In this document: one piece after another, positions 55,721 through 64,000 of the stretch
Layout: each line of letters opens with the position of its first letter
Position numbering within the stretch: the first letter of the stretch is position 1
Assembly: GCF_009914755.1 (NCBI RefSeq)
Contig: NC_060942.1
Origin: the human T2T-CHM13v2.0 reference genome, Homo sapiens
Length of the DNA stretch: 64,000 nucleotides
Direction: 5' to 3' (one strand)
Position numbers and translations under genes: made by a program
The notes under the pieces: model-generated
Seen by the model: only the letters and a program-made list of their open reading frames with translations
Told to the model about the DNA's origin: nothing
Database searches by the model: none

Positions 55721-58700
55721 CAAGAAAAGGTTTTTATAGCATTAGGGATGCATGATTTCAAAAAAAGTTTAAGCTGGTCAGAAGGGTGCATGTTAAATGA
55801 CACATCTCAAGGAATTAAGGGCACATGAAATTTTCTGGAAGCTTTCATGGAGCTGATCCTGATATTGCAAGATCAAATCTACTTGGAGTCACCAAAGTAG
55901 GGCCATGACAAAACATTCACAAATGTGGCCCTCACATCCACATATGAAAATCCGGGTGTTTTTACATCTTTTTTCACACTACTGGCCTGGAGTGGACAGC
56001 TCCCTTTTAGTCATAATGCTAAGTTGGTGAGCAAATATTTCCAGTTCCCTTTAAAAAGTCTACCCTAATATCTGAGACGTGTATCAGGCAGATTCAACTC
56101 CTTTCACCCCTGGAGATTCCTGCCTCATCTCAGGCACAGGGAGATCTCATTTATCTTGTTTTAAACTTCTCTATGTGTTTTCAATACATTTTTATAACTT
56201 AATGCCTATTTTAAAATATTTTACCCAGTATTTTGATGTGTTTAGCATGGGCAATCAGAATCAAATGAGATCGATCAGCACCATTGATCAAAAGTCCACT
56301 TAGTGCTATAGCAATCTGATGTTCAAAATGTTCTAAATGACTCTAAAGTGGTAAAGGATTGTCAGATCAGATAAGAACATTATCAAGGGGTCAGACAGTC
56401 TTTTGCAGTGGAAGAGACAGATGTATGAAGCATGAAAAGTGATTGAAGCAATGTAATATTCTTCCAGTGAAGATGGATTTCATTTACTAAATTTCAGGAG
56501 GGACTGCAGACATTCCACCTTCTTTATTTATTTTTCCTGAAACTACCCAAATTAATTCTGGACTTTGCGATCCCCTACTAGAGGTGCTATCTTATTCGGA
56601 AAGATGAAATCAGGCTTTTTCACTTTTCTATTTCTTTTTGCAGATGAGTGGGAATATTAATTTTGAGTGGCTAATATATTTTATATGATTTGTCACTTCT
56701 CAGCCCAGCTTTGACAGGTACATTTCATGATTAAAACACTTCGTAATTAGCTGATGTCTTCTTTCCACTATTTCCAGTACTCATTGCCCATTCCCCAGCC
56801 TTAAATTCAAAAATCTGCTTTGTGCTTATCAAGAACTATAATACATCTCATATCATTGTCCTCAGTGAAAGGTTTTTGCTTTCAAAAACTGAACATCAGC
56901 TGCAGTGTTTTCTAAAAGCTAGGTCTGATTTCCTAGAAGAAAAGTAGAATTTTTCTAAAAGCATTTTAAATGTAATCTCTAGTTCTAGGTGAAGCAAAAG
57001 TGCAAAAATGTTACATTTATTGATTAGACTCTGAAGTCCTCACAGAGGTGGAGCTACCTCTTTCTGATCTTTCTACCCTCCATGGCCAATTTGTGGGGCC
57101 CTAAAAAACAAAGTTTAACTTTGCAAGATGTTCTTTTGTTAATGGATATCTTTATTCTTATTTTAGAGTGATAATTTCCAAATTTTCATAAGCTCTTTGA
57201 AAGTGGGTAAAAGCATGAAAGTTGGAGATACATTTAGCATCAGTGCAAATCATTTATTATAATGGACGTCAACAATATTATACCAATGCTAGTTATTCCT
57301 GTCAAATTGCCTAAAATTGAAATCACATTTAGGACAACAGGCACATTGAAATTGTAAGAACAGCATTTCACTGTGTTTGCACTGGGCTGAGTATGTTGTG
57401 ATGATTTTGCAGTTAGCATTGCTTCTGTACAAAATAATGTATAGGAGAATTTTGGACGCTAATCTTACTAATTACCTGCATGAGATCGTCCCTTAGATGC
57501 TTTATTAGATATTTCTGAAATGTAATACTGTTGAAAAGGTCTCCCACCTCCAGGCACTCATTTCATTTCCAAGTAGCATTGTCTTTTCCTGGAGCCAGTA
57601 TGACCCAACTTTTGTGTGTATAAATAATTTTTGTCCTCTTCCATGGGAACTTTAATCATTTTTGTTTGACATATGATATTAAGTAAAAATGCACATTTTC
57701 ATTTTAAATGAGTTATGAATTTTGATGCACTTAATCCTATTTCAAGATATGAAGACAAATCTTGATTTCTTACCGTTTAATAAATAACACTTACTATTAA
57801 ATTTTTTAAGTTAATTATTTGAGAGACAGCATGATTCAATCCACATGTTTTTAACTGACATTATAATGCTCTGTCCCTGAATTGGCCATGTCAACAGTAG
57901 ACTAAGACTGACAAAAAAATTAGACCCCAGCTACAACATGAATGAGTTAAACAGGCTTTCTATAGAAAAGGATATTGACAGAAGCAGAATAGTCAAGATA
58001 CCAGTAGAGTGATCAGTAACATCTTCAAGAGTGGAAGTCCCAGTTGGGAGCCCAGGGTTGTTGGTAATGTTAATTGAGAGCCATCACCCTTTCTGCAAGG
58101 TCACTTTCCAGGAAGAAGAAGGCTGGAGGCATAGCACTGCCATAAGTAAGCTAACCTGATGGCCCCAGACCCAGCTCACCTGGGCCCACAGTTGCTCCAT
58201 CTCTCTCAGGGTTATCTTCATACCACAAGTGTTTCAATATTGAAAATGGATTTTAAAATGCTTTCGTTATTTAAAATGTTTGCCTTTATAAAATTCAACT
58301 GGATTATTTTTACAACGTTTGAGCTTTGATTGTAAATAAAGTGAAAGAGCCTTGGGATAAAGTGGACAAGTGACACACTGGGGCTGAAAATAGGCTTCAT
58401 CCCAATCAATGAAATCATAAAAGGAATATGATCATTGCTATCTTTTTTTCTTCTTATCACTGATTTTTGAAGTGTTGGTAAGATCTTGCTGCTTTACATA
58501 AGAATTTTTATTAGTTGCTTGCCAAATTACAGATTCGTCACAAATTTTTTTGAAATAAATTTGAAGGTTTATTAAAACTTCTGCTCTTGATCATGTTCTT
58601 AAATATTGACATCAACATTCTTAATGTTTTGTGACTATACAAAGCATTAAGTGTAGCATGAAGTGTGTTAATTAAACAACATATGATTAGATATAAACCA

Positions 58701-58966
58701 ATTTAAAACTGAGTGATAAATTCCTACCCAATCTGTAGTTTTTACACATATGTGCTAGACAAACTCTAGGAGGCCTTCAAACTGAGGCATTTTAAAAGGG
58801 AAAAAGTCAAATAGTTTATTCATTGGGATATGAAAACACATTCCATGGGTGTCTTCAAGATAAGCTCCTGGTTGTTCTCTAATCAGTGGTAGTAAATTCT
58901 AAGTTCACCCCAACCAAAATTTTTAGTCTCTTAGATTAAATATTATTACTTGAAAAGTTATACCAT

Positions 58967-59284
<318 letters not shown>

Positions 59285-60853
59285 GAAAAGTTATACCATG
59301 AACTGTTCCAACAGGCTCATAACCTACTGACTTCACTGGCAATGTCTTCTCCATGCAGTCCACTCACAGGACATACCCAGCCAACAGCTCCACTCATATC
59401 ATTCCCCTTCCCAAAAACTTTCAATGATTTCCCCTTTATCTTCCCAAACTCTCCCATTCCCTAATCCTTTTAGGTAGGGACTGTGCCCCATCCTAATGGT
59501 TCTACTGGCTTTTTCTAATAGAAATAGTTTAAAATGTCAATCTTTTATTCTTGGTTACTCTTTAGAAACACTCTCCTAAACCTTCTTTACCTGACTGTCC
59601 TCTGTGCCTTTGCTCTTGCCAGATTCTACAGTCAAAGTATCTTTTTCTGGCCATCTTTGCCTTTTGAACTCCATGTGCTAAGGCATGAAGGCAAGAAGCA
59701 AGAAGGACATTTAGAAGACTAGAAGTAGCTTAATAGGTAGTGAAAGTGGGTGCTTATGAACAGGGCACAGCGATACCAGGAGTGCAGTCAGGGTCAGAAT
59801 AAAAAGAGCTTTGATACCATTTTAAGAACTTTCATTAAAAATGAAGAGCCATTGAAAGTTTTAAAAATGTGTATTTTAGAAAGGTCATCTTGGCCACATT
59901 TGGCAAAAAAATAAAACTGAGGTTAGGGAGACCACTTAGAGAGATCATTTACAATAGACCAGGAAATGGACAGGAAACGTCTGAATCAGGGCGTAGCAGG
60001 ATGGCTGGAGGGAAGGGCGGAGTCCAGAGATATCTCAGAGGTGGAATCACTCACACCCAATAGGAGAGTTCTGACCCGTGAGACTAGAAATAAGGAGAGA
60101 GAGCAGGTTGTGTGGAAGAGCAAACTCACATTTAGATGTATTGAATAGAATATATCTATATACAAAGAGATAGGTTGGGGGGGGCAGAAGAATCAAGGAA
60201 GAAAGAGGAAAATATATAAAAAAGTGAAAGGAGATGTGTGCAGACTGATGATGACAGCGATGATAAATGAGGGGCACGATTAACACTTAAGTCTGAATTC
60301 TGGGGCTAAAATAAAAAGGGAACAAGCTGTTTTGCAGGTGTTGAGTAAACAATGAGGAAGCCAAGTGCTCCAGAGGAAGTAAGAATTGTTCCTATGGAAT
60401 GATTTAACAACACACTTTGGAAAAGCAAAACATACCAACCTTTCTCACAAAGCTATTTTTGGAATTCCAGTTATCTTTACAGAGACATTTACACCTCCAT
60501 ATATCCAGTAAAATTACTATGATTCCTCTTCCACTTTTGGCCCTAATATAGTTTTGTATCCTCAGATATGCAGTTAAAGGATATAATTTCTATATTTAAC
60601 AACCTGCACATTCCCAACTTGTAGTGCTAAATGTATATCAGAGATGAGTTTTTTTCTCCCAAATTAATCTCTGTATAATATGTGGATCAGGTCTTCTGAG
60701 AATGTCCCACTTCCATTTGCTTTTCATTCATTATTTCCTTAAAAAAGGCTTTTTTGAACCCCTGCACTCTGTCAGCACCTCCTGATACCCTCCAATGAAG
60801 CTGAGCACCTCTTCTTCTTGCACTTGAAACAGATGTCATCGACTTTTACTGCA

Positions 60854-61180
60854 CAGTCATGCACTGACAGTGTTTCCATCAATGATGAACCACACACAGA
60901 GCAGTGGTCCCATAAGAGTATAATATCGTATTTTTACTGTACCTACTCTATGTTCAGATACACAAATATCATTGTGTTACAATTGCCTACAGTGTTCAAT
61001 ACAGTAACTTGTACAGGTTTGTAGCCTAGGAGCAAATGGCCATACCATGCAGCCTGGGTATGTAGCAGGCTATACCATCTAGGGTTGTGTAAGTACACTC
61101 TATGATGTTCACACAATGACAAAATTACCTGACGATGCATTTCTCAGACCATATCTCCATCATTAAGTGACTCCTGACTG
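60854..61180. mobile_element. Tigger3a (MER7)-like TcMar MITE
   Basis: cagtcatgc...tgactg|ta terminal inverted repeats; gtggtcccataaga, gtttgtagcctaggagcaa, gtaagtacactctatgatgttc. Confidence 0.85.
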
Positions 61181-61814
61181 TATTTGATTAATACTGTTTC
61201 CCCACTAATCTACAAGCTCCAGAAGGGCAGAGACCATGTTCGCTTTGCTTATTAATTTACCCTCCAGTTCCCAGAACAGCATCCAGCACATGGCAGATAT
61301 TCAATAAGAGCTGTGAAGTGCACATAGAAGATAAAGACAGAATGAATGAGTGAAATGAACTATTTAAACTAGGACTTTGGCTAAGTAACACTTTTCTTTC
61401 ACTAACACAAATTAAGTCACAACCTCTAGTTCTGATAAGAGCATGACTTCCTGAGGCCCATCAGAGAATCCTAGCTCTCTGCAGTGACAACTCATGGACA
61501 AAATCAAAAAATTATTTAAACTTAAAATACATTTAATTGTCATGCCTTTGCATATTATGCTTTGCCTTGAGGACTGTACTGAGAGATTTTCATAAAGATG
61601 ACAGAGGAATCAGACATAATAGAATAAGCAGTGGTGCAGAGACACAAAGTTCACATATTTGGCAAGTGGTAGCAGGAGCCCAAGGTGAGTACAGAGGGGA
61701 AGGATATATCTGTAAGTTGCACTTGAAATCAAGTTGGAGAGAACCATGAAGGCCACAGGTCTGGCTTTTAATCAGAACATGCTGGTGGGAAGAGGTAGGA
61801 GGGGAGACTAAGGA

Positions 61815-62028
61815 TTTTTTTTTTTTTTTTTTGAGACAAAGTCTCAGAGCCTCCAGAGTAGCTGGGATTACAGGCACGCGCCACCACGCCCAGCTAATTT
61901 TTGCCTTTTTAGTAGAGACAGGGTTTCACCATGTTAGCCAGGATGGTCTCCATCTCCTGACCTCATGATCCGCCTGCCTTGGCCTCCCAAAGTGCTGGGA
62001 TTACAGGCATGAGCCACCGTGCCTGGCC
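61815..62028 (-). mobile_element. AluY/Sc-like SINE with internal right-arm deletion
   Basis: TSD gagactaaggattttt; gtctc joined almost directly to agcctcc(a)gagtagc. Confidence 0.92.
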
Positions 62029-62687
62029 GAGACTAAGGATTTTTAATACAAACCTTACACAAATCACAGCTAGCCTTTAGAAAGCTGATTCTGGAGGCAA
62101 AGAATGGCTAAGCACCACAGAGAGGAAATCTGTTAGGAAATGAAGGATACAGTTCATACCAGAGGCAACTGGGGCCTGAAATAAGGTAGTGGTGAAGACA
62201 AAGAAAAAGAGAAAGAAGTGTTATTATCCTCGGGATGTTGCAGTCATTAACTGCCATGCTGATTAAGGAGGAAGAAGAGGATTAGAAGGCTGGGTAATGA
62301 ATTCAGTCTTCCTTCTAAACCTCAGGACCATCTGTGTGAAAATTCAGCACCAGCTAGAAGAGAGAGCTGAATCTCAAAACAGGATCTGACCAAAAGTTGA
62401 AGATCGAGAAGTCGTGGATACAGATGAGATTGTCAAGCAAGAAAGCACAGAAAGCAAGAAAAATAAAATGAAGGAGAGAACATTAGAGAAAGTGTACATT
62501 TAGGAGTAAGAAAAAGACACAGTACGGTCATGAGAGAAATGGGAGTAATAACACAGAAGCCAGACATGAACAGATGTTCAAGAAGGCAAGGTCATGGTAG
62601 ATGCTACCTAAAGACTGCACAGAAAAATAATGAGAAATGGCCATCAGGTTTGTGGTTAGGAGTCTGAACAGATTTCTTCTTAGAAGG

Positions 62688-63175
62688 TGTGATAGGCTGA
62701 ATAATGACCCCTAAAGATTTCAGGTTTGACTAAGTTAAGGATCTTGAAATCAGAAGATCATCCCAGATCATTTGGGTGGGTCCTAAATGCCATCACAGGT
62801 ATCTTATAGGAAAGAGGCAGAGAGAGTGAGTTAATACAGAAGGGAGAAGGGAAGACAATGACCTCAGCAGAGAGAGAGATTTGAAGATGCTATGCTGTGG
62901 ACTTTGAAGACAGAGGAAGAGGCCAAGTGCCAAGGAAGACAGATGGTCATTAGGAGCTGAAAGTGGCCAGGAATGCAGTTCTAGAGGCTGGGAAAGGCAA
63001 GGAAATGGATTCTTCCCTAGAATTCCCAGAGGGAATGTGGTCCTGATGACACCTTGGTTTCAGTCCAGTGAATGTGATTTTGGAATGCCAGCCTCAAGAA
63101 CTGTAAGACTGTAATTTACGTTGTTTTATCTCACCAACTTTGGTGATTTGTTACAGTGGTCTTAGGAAACTAATT
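62688..63175 (+). mobile_element. MLT1B/C/D-like MaLR solo LTR
   Basis: tgtgataggctgaataatgacccc start; gaaaggcaaggaaatggattc; tttgttacag...taggaaactaat end. Confidence 0.85.
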
Positions 63176-63253
63176 GAGAAGGGAAGGTGAAAACACATTT
63201 TAAATACATGAAAAGAGAGTAAAACATGAAAAAAGTGAAGGTAATAAGCAGAA

Positions 63254-63460
63254 TATTAATTTCTCACTTTGTTGACAGGTTCTTGGAACCTGCAACTTTA
63301 AGCGAAATAACATGTAACAAAGCCATCTTTTTCTCTTCAACATTACAACAAAACAACATTAAACAACAAAAAAAATTATTTGAGGACCTGTTATATGTCA
63401 TTTTGCTTAAAGTTGCAGTTTCTAGGAGCTTACCAAAGAAGTTAAGTGAAAACTTAGTGC
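63254..63460. mobile_element. MER6B-like TcMar-Tigger MITE (palindromic)
   Basis: Inverted arms ttcttggaacctgcaactttaagcgaaataacat / atgtcattttgcttaaagttgcagtttctaggag with internal tttgaggacctg. Confidence 0.75.
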
Positions 63461-64000
63461 ATACATCATGATCTCAAGAGGGTTGGCAGCAACAGAATAA
63501 GAGAACTGAGACGGCTTAGAGAGAAATCAAGTTCAAAAGAAGAATTACTGTGCATGTGTGTTATTGTTTAGATTTGTGGACACTGGGATATATCTATAGG
63601 TTTAGAAGAAAGAATCCATGGAGAGTAGAACTCTGAAGATGCAAGAGCAATGAGATGATGCTTGATGAATCAAGGCATTTCAGGAAAAATGGAGAAATGG
63701 TAGGGTGCTAGACTTGGAAAAAAATAGGGAGCCATCCTGAGTTACGAGGAATACAAAACATCTGCACACCATTTACCTTAGCAGTCATTAGTATCTGTTC
63801 CAGGATTGTAAACTGACTTTAATGTTAGCCCAAGCGGAGCATAAATAGATAGGTTAGATCTGCTACATGACAAGACAGAGAGCTTCTCATTGACTTTTAC
63901 ATAATTCATTATTTAGGGTTGTTCATATTGCTATCCACCCCCCTCGGTGCTGGTATTATGGACTTAACCACACTTCCAAATGAGCGAAAAATAATATGAT

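Noticed and set aside
63254-63460. Long hairpin as a possible miRNA or structured RNA
   Set aside because: Explained by the inverted arms of a MER6B-like MITE

Overview
This is AT-rich, CpG-poor primate (human-like) genomic DNA from a repeat-rich intergenic or deep-intronic region. I can support no protein-coding gene, structural RNA gene or CRISPR array. The listed ORFs are short and mostly come from Alus, LTRs or microsatellites. The window is dominated by mobile elements: about 11 Alus, many with clear target-site duplications (TSDs), plus L1/L2/MIR fragments and DNA-transposon MITEs. A dense ERV/LTR cluster at about 19-34 kb contains a 5'-truncated MER4-group provirus, MER41B, MER9, MER39 nested in MLT2, and three related ERV1 LTRs. 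The most notable observations are: (1) a perfect 3 x 39-bp tandem repeat carrying CGCG and NR5A motifs; (2) a MER41B LTR with two intact STAT/GAS sites and a CArG box; (3) ERV-L-like gag/pro/pol and env-like remnants inside the MER4-group provirus; (4) an apparently locally templated 33-bp Alu insertion; and (5) several enhancer-like motif clusters and candidate non-coding exons. Repeat subfamily names come from my recall of consensus sequences and need RepeatMasker/Dfam confirmation, and boundaries of old elements are approximate. I found no convincing novel multi-gene system.
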